This document shows, piece after piece, positions 51,833-60,543 of a DNA stretch of 64,000 nucleotides (positions are counted from its first letter, which is position 1; every line of letters starts with the position of its first letter). Both the position numbers and the translations under genes were made by a program. The stretch is from Candidatus Krumholzibacteriia bacterium. Lineage in GTDB: Bacteria > Krumholzibacteriota > Krumholzibacteriia > LZORAL124-64-63. The stretch covers positions 64,001 to 128,000 of the forward strand of contig JBFXKG010000007.1 in NCBI GenBank assembly GCA_050174015.1, given 5' to 3'. The notes beneath the pieces are model-generated. The model had not been told where the DNA came from, did not search any database, and saw nothing but the letters and a program-made list of their open reading frames with translations.

Positions 51833-51862
51833 ACAGGCGGGACCTGGTGAGGCCCCGCCTGT
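51833..51862. terminator. Hairpin downstream of the giant cytochrome gene
   Basis: ACAGGCGGG...CCCGCCTGT stem. Confidence 0.5.
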
Positions 51863-51887
51863 TAAGCGCATCACGTTTTTCCAGCGG

Positions 51888-54800
51888 TCAACGTTTCTGG
51901 CGGATCATGTTCGTGTGGCACTGGATGCAGAGCCGTCCGTTGGAATCGTCCAGCATCATCTTCGGGTAATCCGTGCCGTGAGGATCGTGGCAACTGTTGC
52001 AGGCCATGGTTTCACCCGTGCGGGGGTCGAGGACGTCGGCCCCCATGGGGTGATCGGAGTGCTCCCGATATTCATGGCAGTCCAGGCAGACCTCCCGTTG
52101 CGGGGCGCCGCCTTCGGCCCGGGGGAAGACGTGGGGATCGTGGCACACGGTGCAGCTCTGCTCGCCCTTGACCGGATGGGTATGGGCGGACCGGGCCATC
52201 TGAAGCATCTGGTCCTCGTGGCATTGCCCGCACACGTCCTGGACCGGACGGGGAAGCAGCTTGGTCCGCTGGGAGGCGTGGGGGACGTGGCAGGTCGTGC
52301 AGGCATCCTCCTCCTCGAGGGCCGCATGCATCGTCCCGGCGGCGATGCCTGCCTGGATCTCCGCGTGGCAGGCGAAGCACTGCTGGGGCTGGGCCGCCGC
52401 CATGGCCGTTCCGCCGGCGTGGCATTCCGCGCAGTCCCCCGATTCGAAGGGGGCGTGCACGTTGGCGTGCGTGAGCTGGCGGAAGTCCGATGCGTGAGGC
52501 GTGTGGCAGGACGCGCAGTCGGCCTCGGCCAGGGGATAGTCGAAGTGCTTGGCGACCAGCGCCCGATCCGCCGTGTCGTGGCAGTCCGCGCAAAGGTCCT
52601 GCGGGGCGGTCTTCAAGCTCATGGGGGCCGTCCCCCCGTGGGCGTCGTGGCAGTCGAGACAGTCGCCGTCGGCGAAGGGCTGGTGGACGTGGGCCCGCTT
52701 CTGTTCCGCCAGCAGACCCTCGTGGCAGCTCCAGCAGATCCGGTCGGGGGCCCCGGCCAGCAGATGGGGTTGGTCGGCGGCGTGAGGATCGTGGCAATCC
52801 TCGCAGCGGCCTTCCCGCACGGGGGTGTGGGCGATCGCAGCCACGGGCGCGAGGTCGGAAAGGTCGTGGCATTCGGCGCAGGTCTCGTCCACCCGCCCCT
52901 TGATCATGAGGTGAGGACCGCGGGAGGCGTGGGGGTTGTGGCAGGCGGAACAGTCTCCCCCGGCGAAAGGATCGTGCTGGACGGAGCGCGATCCGGCCCC
53001 GGCCACCAGGTCGTCGTGGCACATGCTGCACAGCTCGGTCTGGTCGGCGATGGGCGCGGCGTCCTCGTGGCAGGTCGCGCAGTCGCGTTCGGCGAAGGGC
53101 GGATGGCCCTGGGCGCGCAGCAGGTTGCCTTCGGCCGAATGATGGGGCTCGTGGCAACCCATGCAGTCCAGCCCGGCCGGCGGGCGATCCAGGTGCGCGC
53201 GCTTGAATCCGGCGCCCTGTTCGTCGTGGCAGGTGAAGCAGAGGCCCGGCATGGGCTCCCGCAGGAAACCCACACCCTCGCCACCGTGGGGCAGGTGGCA
53301 GTCGAGGCAGTCGCCTTCGGCGGGCGGGTGGATGGATGCGGCGTTCCGGGGAACGGCGACCTCCTGGTGACAGGACGCGCACAGCAGGTCGCGCGGGGCC
53401 GCGAGCAGCATGTCCTGGGGGGAGTTGTGGGGGTCGTGGCACTGGACGCAATCGCCGTCGACCACGGGCTGATGCCCCACCCAGTTCGCCCCGGATTCCC
53501 GGCCGACATCGTGGCATTCCGCGCACAGCTGACGGGTGGGGGCGGTCAGCATGCCGTCTTCCGCACCACCGTGCGGCAGGTGGCAGTCAAGGCAGTCGCC
53601 CTCGTCGACCGGCATGTGCCGGCTGCCGCCGGCCGGAGCCTCGACGACGTTGAGGTGGCAGCGCGCGCAGAGCGGGCCCGGGTCGGAGTTCAGCAGGTCC
53701 GGTCGCTCCGACCGGTGGGGATCGTGGCATTCCAGACACTGGCCGCGGGCCACCACGTCATGGGGGAAGGCGGCGGCCATCTCGAGCCGGATCGAGGTAT
53801 GGCAATCCAGACACAGGCCTTCCTTCTCGGCGACCAGCAGCTTGGGCTCGAAGGAGCTGTGGGGTTCGTGGCAGACCGTACAGTCCTGCTTGACCACCGG
53901 GGCGTGGACCACGCCTCCGGCGGGGGCGGGATCGGACAGCCCGGCATGGCACTCCTGGCAGAGATCCCTGCCCTGCTGGGGAAGCAGGTGGGCCAGGGCG
54001 CCGCCGTGGGGCAGGTGGCACCCGGAACAATCCCCCTCGGCCACCGGGTCGTGCTTCACCGGCCGCGTGAATTCGGCGGTCTCGTGGCACTCGAAGCAGA
54101 CCTGCTCCTGCCGGGAGACCAGCAAGCCGGGGTAGGGGCTGCCGTGGGGGGCGTGGCAGTCGAGGCAGGATCCGTCCTGCACGGGGGCATGGGGTTCGGC
54201 GGGGTCGAGATCCAGGTCGTGGCACTGCAGGCAGGTCTCCGTCAGGTCGGCGGCCAGGGCGGGCCGGCCCTCGGGGTCGGACTCGTGGCAGGAGTCGCAC
54301 TCCAGATCGGCCACCGGAGCGTGCTGGAACCGGTGCAACAGGGCCTTCTCGTCCGAGCTGTGGGGGTCATGGCAGGTGGTACAGCCCGAAATGGCCATGC
54401 TGATGCCCGCATGCTTGGCCTGCAGCTTGTCGTGATCGTCGTGGCAGTTCGCGCAGAGGTCGTCGGCGGCCGCGACGAGCAGGCCGGGGCGGCCGGTGCC
54501 GTGAGGCTCGTGGCAGACGACGCAGCCGTCATCCTTCAGGGGACGGTGGACGTTCTTGCGCGTGAAGGCCGCCTGGTCATGGCAGAGGTAGCAGGATTCC
54601 CTGCCCTCGGCCGGCAGCAGGCCGGGATGGCCGGAACCGTGGGGATCGTGGCAGGCGGCGCAGCCGCCGTCCGCGATCGGCCGGTGCAGGTGGTCGCCCT
54701 CCTCCACCACGGCGGCGATCGCCTCGTGGCACGTGAAGCACAGTTTCTTCCCCTGCTCCTTGAGGATCAGCTTGCCGATGATCCCGTGGGGCTGGTGGCA

Positions 54801-55007
54801 GGACTCGCACTCCCTGGCCTTGAAGGGCGTGTGGGCGTGGCGGTCGCTCACCTCCTTGTCCAGTTCCTTGTGGCAGTCCAGACAGGCCTTGGGCTTGAAG
54901 GGACCGGCGGCGGCCGGGACGGCGGTCAGGCCGGCCACCAGGCCGGCGGCCAGAAGGAGGGACAGGGTCCGGAAGTGATGCCTGTATGAAGAAACCAGCA
55001 TGCGCAT
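51888..55007 (-). CDS. Giant multiheme cytochrome c (42 CXXCH; paired-CXXCH repeats)
   Basis: Signal peptide (AAA-GPF); 42 hand-counted CXXCH in repeating H.P...G.CxxCH.PH.S....LL......LCxxCH units; start 55007 or 55001 after GGAGG. Confidence 0.93.
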   Translation of the reverse strand: MRMLVSSYRHHFRTLSLLLAAGLVAGLTAVPAAAGPFKPKACLDCHKELDKEVSDRHAHTPFKARECESCHQPHGIIGKLILKEQGKKLCFTCHEAIAAVVEEGDHLHRPIADGGCAACHDPHGSGHPGLLPAEGRESCYLCHDQAAFTRKNVHRPLKDDGCVVCHEPHGTGRPGLLVAAADDLCANCHDDHDKLQAKHAGISMAISGCTTCHDPHSSDEKALLHRFQHAPVADLECDSCHESDPEGRPALAADLTETCLQCHDLDLDPAEPHAPVQDGSCLDCHAPHGSPYPGLLVSRQEQVCFECHETAEFTRPVKHDPVAEGDCSGCHLPHGGALAHLLPQQGRDLCQECHAGLSDPAPAGGVVHAPVVKQDCTVCHEPHSSFEPKLLVAEKEGLCLDCHTSIRLEMAAAFPHDVVARGQCLECHDPHRSERPDLLNSDPGPLCARCHLNVVEAPAGGSRHMPVDEGDCLDCHLPHGGAEDGMLTAPTRQLCAECHDVGRESGANWVGHQPVVDGDCVQCHDPHNSPQDMLLAAPRDLLCASCHQEVAVPRNAASIHPPAEGDCLDCHLPHGGEGVGFLREPMPGLCFTCHDEQGAGFKRAHLDRPPAGLDCMGCHEPHHSAEGNLLRAQGHPPFAERDCATCHEDAAPIADQTELCSMCHDDLVAGAGSRSVQHDPFAGGDCSACHNPHASRGPHLMIKGRVDETCAECHDLSDLAPVAAIAHTPVREGRCEDCHDPHAADQPHLLAGAPDRICWSCHEGLLAEQKRAHVHQPFADGDCLDCHDAHGGTAPMSLKTAPQDLCADCHDTADRALVAKHFDYPLAEADCASCHTPHASDFRQLTHANVHAPFESGDCAECHAGGTAMAAAQPQQCFACHAEIQAGIAAGTMHAALEEEDACTTCHVPHASQRTKLLPRPVQDVCGQCHEDQMLQMARSAHTHPVKGEQSCTVCHDPHVFPRAEGGAPQREVCLDCHEYREHSDHPMGADVLDPRTGETMACNSCHDPHGTDYPKMMLDDSNGRLCIQCHTNMIRQKR

Positions 55008-55051
55008 GCCTCCTGCGTGGTCCTGATCCTGGGAACGGGAACCGGATTTCA

Positions 55052-56356
55052 TCATCGCCCGACCGCTTCTGCGAGCATGGCCCGGATCCGGTCCTCGGCT
55101 CCGGGCAGGATGGTGGTCTCGGTGGCCTCCTCGAGGCGGGCCATGACCCGGGCCAGATAGTCGCTGATGAACTCGCCCTTCATGCGGGTCAGCACCTCGG
55201 TCCGGCATTCCTCCAGGGGCACCGGCTGGGGATCCTCGATCTCGGTGATCCGGGCGACGACCCAGCCGCCGGGCACCCCGTAGGGCTCGGGGATCAGGCC
55301 GACCGCGACGTCTTCGAAGCGGATGCCCAGCTGTCCCGGGGAGAACCACTCGTAGGGGAACGGCGCCGGGCCGTCCACCACGCCCATCTGGTTCTTGCGC
55401 AGCCAGGCGATGGTCGAGCCCTGCTCAAGCTTCTCGCGGACCTCCCAGGCGATCGGCTCGGTCCCGACCTTGATGCTCTCCATCTTGATCCGGGCCGGCG
55501 GGGTGAGGTTTTCCAGATGGTCGTTGTAGAAGGCCAGGATCTCGTCCTCGGTGGGTTCGAAGTCGACCTCCAGCAGGATGCCCAGCGCCTTTTCCCGGAT
55601 CAGGTTCTCCTGGAGCCGGCCGGCGTTCTCCAGGAGGATCGGCCTGTTCTCGAACCCGAGCAGCTTGGCCTCGTGGGTCAGCAGGGCCTCCTCGACCCAT
55701 TCCTTGAAGAACCGGTCCCGCAGCTCGGCGGCGTTCGGCTTGCCCACCAGGCCGTGGAAGGCCTCGAAGCGGATGACCCTGGTCAGGGCGCGCACCTTCA
55801 TCGCCCCGGTGGGGACGGTGACCAGGACGTCCTCGCTCTCCTCCAGATAACGAGCCACCTCCGGATCGTCGCTGCCGTAGTCCAGCGACTTCAGCAAGGA
55901 GGAGTCCACGACCGCGTCGTACTTCCGGTACAGCCCGCGGACGAAGTCCTTCACCGCAACGGTCCGTGCGGACAGGCTGCCCACCGAATCCTCGGGAACC
56001 GAGAGGGCGACGGAGTCCAGCATGGCGGCCATGGCCTTCGACCGGATGAACTCCCGGGTCTGGTTGCGGATGGAGAAGTCGTCCGCCAGGCCCATCCGAT
56101 AGCCTTCCTGGACCACCAGCCGGTTCTGGACCAGACGCTTCATGACGGCCGCCGGATCGGGCAACTGGTCGGGAACCTCGCCCTGCCAGCCCCGGCGGAT
56201 GAAATCCAGCTCGTAGAGGAAGTCCAGGGTGGTGACGGTGTCGGGTCCGACCAGGGCCAGGGGAACGACCGGCTCCTCGGCCGCCGCGATTCCGGCTCCC
56301 GGGCCGGGGACGACGAGGGTCAGGGCAAGGACGGCGGCGAAGCGGGCGAATGTCAT
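55052..56356 (-). CDS. Exported SurA/parvulin-like chaperone (PPIase-like)
   Basis: Signal peptide; two helical segments L...LV.QEG..GL and EEALL..EAK.LG, then T.DEI..FY and rotamase-like P...PGGW.V.RI...P....PLEE. Confidence 0.65.
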   Translation of the reverse strand: MTFARFAAVLALTLVVPGPGAGIAAAEEPVVPLALVGPDTVTTLDFLYELDFIRRGWQGEVPDQLPDPAAVMKRLVQNRLVVQEGYRMGLADDFSIRNQTREFIRSKAMAAMLDSVALSVPEDSVGSLSARTVAVKDFVRGLYRKYDAVVDSSLLKSLDYGSDDPEVARYLEESEDVLVTVPTGAMKVRALTRVIRFEAFHGLVGKPNAAELRDRFFKEWVEEALLTHEAKLLGFENRPILLENAGRLQENLIREKALGILLEVDFEPTEDEILAFYNDHLENLTPPARIKMESIKVGTEPIAWEVREKLEQGSTIAWLRKNQMGVVDGPAPFPYEWFSPGQLGIRFEDVAVGLIPEPYGVPGGWVVARITEIEDPQPVPLEECRTEVLTRMKGEFISDYLARVMARLEEATETTILPGAEDRIRAMLAEAVGR

Positions 56357-56357
56357 G

Positions 56358-57461
56358 TCACGAATCCTTGTCGTTGTTGATGAAGCGGAGCCAGAGTTCC
56401 TGGGCGGTCAGCTGCAGCTGGTCGATCAGGGACATCTTGCGGTCCACCCCGAACCATCCCGTTCGGAGGGCGTCGTCCCTGAAGACCGACACCATCTCCA
56501 CGACGGCTCCGGAACCCAGGGCGATGAGCCGGGCGCTCACGGTGAAGGCCTTGAGAGTGGAGGGGATCACCGGTCCGGCCGGATCCTCCACCGCCAGGGG
56601 GGATCCCCTCTGGAAGGTCTCGTGGTCGTAGGTGATCAGTTCGGTCGCGACGGCGTGGCGGATCTTGAAGACCTCGAACAGCAGGAAGCGCCCCCCCTCG
56701 TCGAGCCGATTGGGGGCGATTCCCCGGTCGCGCAGGGTGGTCAGGACCAGTCCGGGGTCGAAGAAGGCCTTGCCTCGTACGGCCTGTCCCTGCTGCAGGA
56801 AACAGTAGGTCGCCGTCAAGGCCGCATCGTCGGAGCAGCCTATCCCTGCAGTCGGCAGGACGACGAAGGAATCGGATCCGTCCCCCTGCCCGAATCGCGG
56901 AGTCAGGTCCAGCCGGCCGCAGAGTTCGCGCAGGGAGGCAAGCCAGCGGGTCCCGTCGTCCCGGTCCCCGCCGCCCTCACCGGAGTCCAGGGCGACCTGG
57001 TCGAGATCCACGGCGGCGAGGGTCCCGGTGCGGGTGTAGACGGTGCGGGAGAGGAGCAGGACGTCCGCGGGCTTGACCACCAGGTCGACGACCACGATGC
57101 GCCCGACCTTCAGGAGCCGGATGCAGTCGTCGAGGAAGCCCGCGCGCAGGGCGAATCCGTCGCGGACGCGCCAGTCGATGAGCAGGGGCATGATCTCGTC
57201 CTGGGCGACCAGGTCGTACCCGGCCGCGGCGAGGTTGTCCCGCAGGTGCGTGGTGCAGGCGTGGCGGAACTCGGCCGGGCTCAGAGGAGGCACGACCGAC
57301 TGGTCCCTCGTCATGAACAGGAGCAGGGCGGCGCGCGGTGCGGCGTCGGAGGCCGGGCCGGCGGCGGTGGCGGGAGCTTCCGCCCCGAGCGCGCAGGCGC
57401 CGGGGACGCCGCAGAGCAGGACCAGCAGGAAGAGCAGACGATGCCGTGACCGCAGGCTCAA
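56358..57461 (-). CDS. Exported hypothetical protein (possibly tandem CsgG/LpoB-like alpha/beta domains)
   Basis: Signal peptide; coupled to neighbours; VSARLI...SG.V-type strands. Confidence 0.5.
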   Translation of the reverse strand: MSLRSRHRLLFLLVLLCGVPGACALGAEAPATAAGPASDAAPRAALLLFMTRDQSVVPPLSPAEFRHACTTHLRDNLAAAGYDLVAQDEIMPLLIDWRVRDGFALRAGFLDDCIRLLKVGRIVVVDLVVKPADVLLLSRTVYTRTGTLAAVDLDQVALDSGEGGGDRDDGTRWLASLRELCGRLDLTPRFGQGDGSDSFVVLPTAGIGCSDDAALTATYCFLQQGQAVRGKAFFDPGLVLTTLRDRGIAPNRLDEGGRFLLFEVFKIRHAVATELITYDHETFQRGSPLAVEDPAGPVIPSTLKAFTVSARLIALGSGAVVEMVSVFRDDALRTGWFGVDRKMSLIDQLQLTAQELWLRFINNDKDS

Positions 57462-58024
57462 AACAGGGACTCCAGCGCGTCCCGGACCGCGGCGCGCGTG
57501 ACGTGGTACATGCTGACGGAGCCGCCGCCGAACAGTTTCCGCAGGAAGCTCGAACCCGTCCGGTGGACCTGGCTGCTCCAGATGTTGGAGCCGGTCTCGG
57601 TCTCGGCCAGGGAGAACGACGCGGTGATCATGTAGACGCGATCGCGCTCGGTGCTGTCCAGACCGTAGTCCTCGATGGCGCCGAAGAAGACGGCGTCGGC
57701 CCGCAGGGCGCGTCCCAGGTCGACGACCTGTTGCTGGTCCAGGGGGCCGCCGGTGTTCAGGCGGAGTTCCCGGATGGCGCCCAGGACCTCGCCGGGTTCG
57801 ACGGCCACCAGCCCGTTCTGTTCGAGCAGCTCGGCCAGGAAGATGGAATAGGTCCGCGACCCGGCGTGGACGTCCTGGGCCAGGTTCTGGAAGGGGAAGA
57901 CAGCCACCCGCCTGATGTAGCTGAAGTCGACGTCGTCGCGGACGTACGAGGTGGCGCCGGGCGCACAGCCGACGGCGGGCAGGAGCAGCAGGGCCAGCAA
58001 GGCGAGGGCACGGAATCTCTGCAT
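57458..58024 (-). CDS. Lipoprotein, CsgG/LpoB/DUF799-like fold
   Basis: Lipobox AVGC; RVAVFPFQNL, LG..L.ADAVFFG.I.DYG, SL.ETETG..IWS. Confidence 0.72.
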   Translation of the reverse strand: MQRFRALALLALLLLPAVGCAPGATSYVRDDVDFSYIRRVAVFPFQNLAQDVHAGSRTYSIFLAELLEQNGLVAVEPGEVLGAIRELRLNTGGPLDQQQVVDLGRALRADAVFFGAIEDYGLDSTERDRVYMITASFSLAETETGSNIWSSQVHRTGSSFLRKLFGGGSVSMYHVTRAAVRDALESLF

Positions 58025-58081
58025 CGGAGTTCCTCCGGATCGGCGTGACGCCGGCTTCGAATCAATAAAGAACAGCACGAC

Positions 58082-60286
58082 TTAAAAAGTCCAATTTCCT
58101 CTGAAGTGGAGATTGACCGGGGTGCTCCGCTGCCCCAGTTGCCTGGTGTACTGCCACTCGGCGCCGCCCTCGATCAGCAGGCTGCCGGTCGCCCGCCAGG
58201 TCAGGTTGGCCCCGCCTCCCCGCTGGATGATCTCGGTGGCCGTGTCCTGGAAATCGTTCAGGAAGAACTGGGGAACCAGGCGCCCCCCCGGCAGGGGGGA
58301 CCAGCCCAGGCTGTTCCTGAGCACCCAGTCCGAATCGCCGCCGCGCTGCTGGTAGCGGGCGAGGCTGGACCAGCGCAGGAGCGGCAACAGGGCCCAGCTG
58401 AGGATGCCCTCGGTCTGGTTGAACTCGGTGAAGCCGCTGCCTCCGGTCTGTTCGGTGACCCAGCGATCGGTCCGGCGCAGGTCGACCTGGACGCTCGGAC
58501 GGGGCGAGCCCCGGACCGACGTCGTGGTGAACCAGGTCGAGGACTCGGTGTCCTCCAGCTGGAAATCCCTGCTCCCGTAACCCATCTGCTGGACGATCTC
58601 GAGGTCGGGGAAGACGTCCCAGGAACCCTGCAGGGTGTAGTTGTCGGTCGTCTGGTTGCGCCCCGCGCTGCGGTCGTCGGTGCGCAGCCAGGAGAGCCTC
58701 AGCCGCCCCCTGCGCGCCTGGTCGCTTGCCAGGGAGAGCTGCTCGCTGGTGGCGTCGGTGCTGGCCCGGCCGTCCCTGGTGAGCTTGTTGATCATGTAGC
58801 GTCCGGAAAGGGACCAGGTCCCCGGACGCCAGCGGGCGCCGAAGATGTGGTACTGCCCGTTCAGGTCCCGCGCGCTGTCGTCGAATTCCTGCAGGGAGAT
58901 GTCGGTGTTGTAGGAGACGTCGAGATTGGTGCGGAGGTCGTATCCCAGTTCCCCGATCAACCGGTGCCGGCGCGTGGTCTGCCTCGTCTCGCTGGTCGTC
59001 GCGGCGCGGTAGACTTCCAGTTCGGTCACGAAGATTCCCGGTCCGGTCTGTCCCAGCTTGATGTCCACGAACTTGATGAAGCGCGCGGAGACCGGTTCGG
59101 CGAAGGTGAATTCCCAGCCCTGTTCCCCGGTGGGGAACTCCCGGTAGACGGCGGCGACGCCCCCGAGGGCGCCGCCGTACTCCCGCCCCTCGGGATCGTT
59201 GGTGGCGTAGGCGGCCCAGGTCATCAGCTCGGGAAAGTCGAGGATGCGGTCCACGTAGAGGGTCGCGCCGATGATCGGCTCCGCTTCCCCGAAATCGAAG
59301 ATGAGGTTCCGGAAGTCTCCCCCGAATTCCCGGACCGCGGGGGCGTCGTCGCCGAGGTTGATCCCGGTGGAGCCCAGGCGGTCGTTGTCGGTCAGCGAGG
59401 CGGCCTGCAGGGGGTCGTCTTCCAGGGGGTCCCAGGTCTCCGGGGTGTCATCCAGCAGGTAGCCTGCCCAAAGGGGCACCAGCAACTGGCGGCTGGTTCC
59501 TTCCCGGTAGAAGTTCCGCTGCTGGAAGTGGGTCGTGCGCAGCTGGATGGAGGACCTGCCGCGATCCCCGGCGAACCCGGTCGATCCGCTGTAGCTCAGG
59601 TCGTGCGTGCGGAACCGGTTCCTGGATTCCTGCAGGACGTTCTCGTGTTCGGTGTCGGAGAACTGGTAGGTCAGGTTGCCGGCCCGCGCGGCCCGGTAGG
59701 CGGCCGTCAGGTTGAAGCTGCGGTCCTGAAGTTCGCTGTCCTCGAGGACCTCGTGGCGCCAGGCCCGCGTTTCCTGCCAGCGGGTGTCCACGTTCACCTT
59801 GCCGGCGTCGCTGCGGGCCCAGAGCGAGTAGTTCAGCCGGTCGTCGCGCCGGGACGTGCCGCCCTGGAAGAATTCGTCCTTGCGCAACCCGTCGCCGCCG
59901 GCGCCGCAGCGCAGCCATCCGGTCTGATAGGCGAGGCTCAGGGAAGGGACGAGGGACACCCTCTCGGTCTCCGAATCCAGCCCTGCACCGCTGCTCCTGA
60001 TGTTCTCCCGCCGGGCCAGGTAACCCGTCTGCAGCAGCAGCCGCGGAGCGAGGCCGATGCGCTGGCCCACCTGATAGTCCTCGTTCAAGGTGGTGGTCGT
60101 GAAATCAAGGCCCGAGATGACGCCCCCGCGCCGGGCCCCCCGGACCTCGACGCGGCCGTCGAGAGCCATGGCTTCAAGGGGAAGGACCATCAGACCAAGC
60201 AGGGCCGGCAGGGCGGCCGAAGCGACGATCGACCGGACCCGGTGACTTTTCCCCGAAAAGAAGGTGGAATGATCGAGTTTCACCAA
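58082..60286 (-). CDS. Outer-membrane beta-barrel with internal discoidin/F5-8-like domain
   Basis: Signal peptide (AMA-LDG); amphipathic strands; insert with LTDND...IFDFG...F.EPVSARFIK...ELEVY; C-terminal GNWTF; exact start uncertain. Confidence 0.7.
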   Translation of the reverse strand: MVKLDHSTFFSGKSHRVRSIVASAALPALLGLMVLPLEAMALDGRVEVRGARRGGVISGLDFTTTTLNEDYQVGQRIGLAPRLLLQTGYLARRENIRSSGAGLDSETERVSLVPSLSLAYQTGWLRCGAGGDGLRKDEFFQGGTSRRDDRLNYSLWARSDAGKVNVDTRWQETRAWRHEVLEDSELQDRSFNLTAAYRAARAGNLTYQFSDTEHENVLQESRNRFRTHDLSYSGSTGFAGDRGRSSIQLRTTHFQQRNFYREGTSRQLLVPLWAGYLLDDTPETWDPLEDDPLQAASLTDNDRLGSTGINLGDDAPAVREFGGDFRNLIFDFGEAEPIIGATLYVDRILDFPELMTWAAYATNDPEGREYGGALGGVAAVYREFPTGEQGWEFTFAEPVSARFIKFVDIKLGQTGPGIFVTELEVYRAATTSETRQTTRRHRLIGELGYDLRTNLDVSYNTDISLQEFDDSARDLNGQYHIFGARWRPGTWSLSGRYMINKLTRDGRASTDATSEQLSLASDQARRGRLRLSWLRTDDRSAGRNQTTDNYTLQGSWDVFPDLEIVQQMGYGSRDFQLEDTESSTWFTTTSVRGSPRPSVQVDLRRTDRWVTEQTGGSGFTEFNQTEGILSWALLPLLRWSSLARYQQRGGDSDWVLRNSLGWSPLPGGRLVPQFFLNDFQDTATEIIQRGGGANLTWRATGSLLIEGGAEWQYTRQLGQRSTPVNLHFRGNWTF

Positions 60287-60543
60287 AGTCGTTCCCGGCC
60301 GGCGAGGACCGGCCCATTGCCGTCTTCATCAGGTTCAGGGCCTGGCCCGGGCATGGCGCGCAGGATCCTTCCCGCCCCTGGAGATGTCATGGTGGTTTCC
60401 AGAGAACAAAAAAAACCGGACGTTCCCTGGCTCCGCCGTGACGCGCTATCTGGTTAAGAAAATAACATCATGCGTCAAGGGAATCAATTCTTAATTCCCA
60501 GAATTCAAGGATGATCAACCCTGGAAGTTGATATTTGGTATCA

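Noticed and set aside
51786..54989. 1067-aa plus-strand ORF
   Set aside because: Antisense shadow of the 42-heme cytochrome in high-GC DNA; no recognisable motifs.
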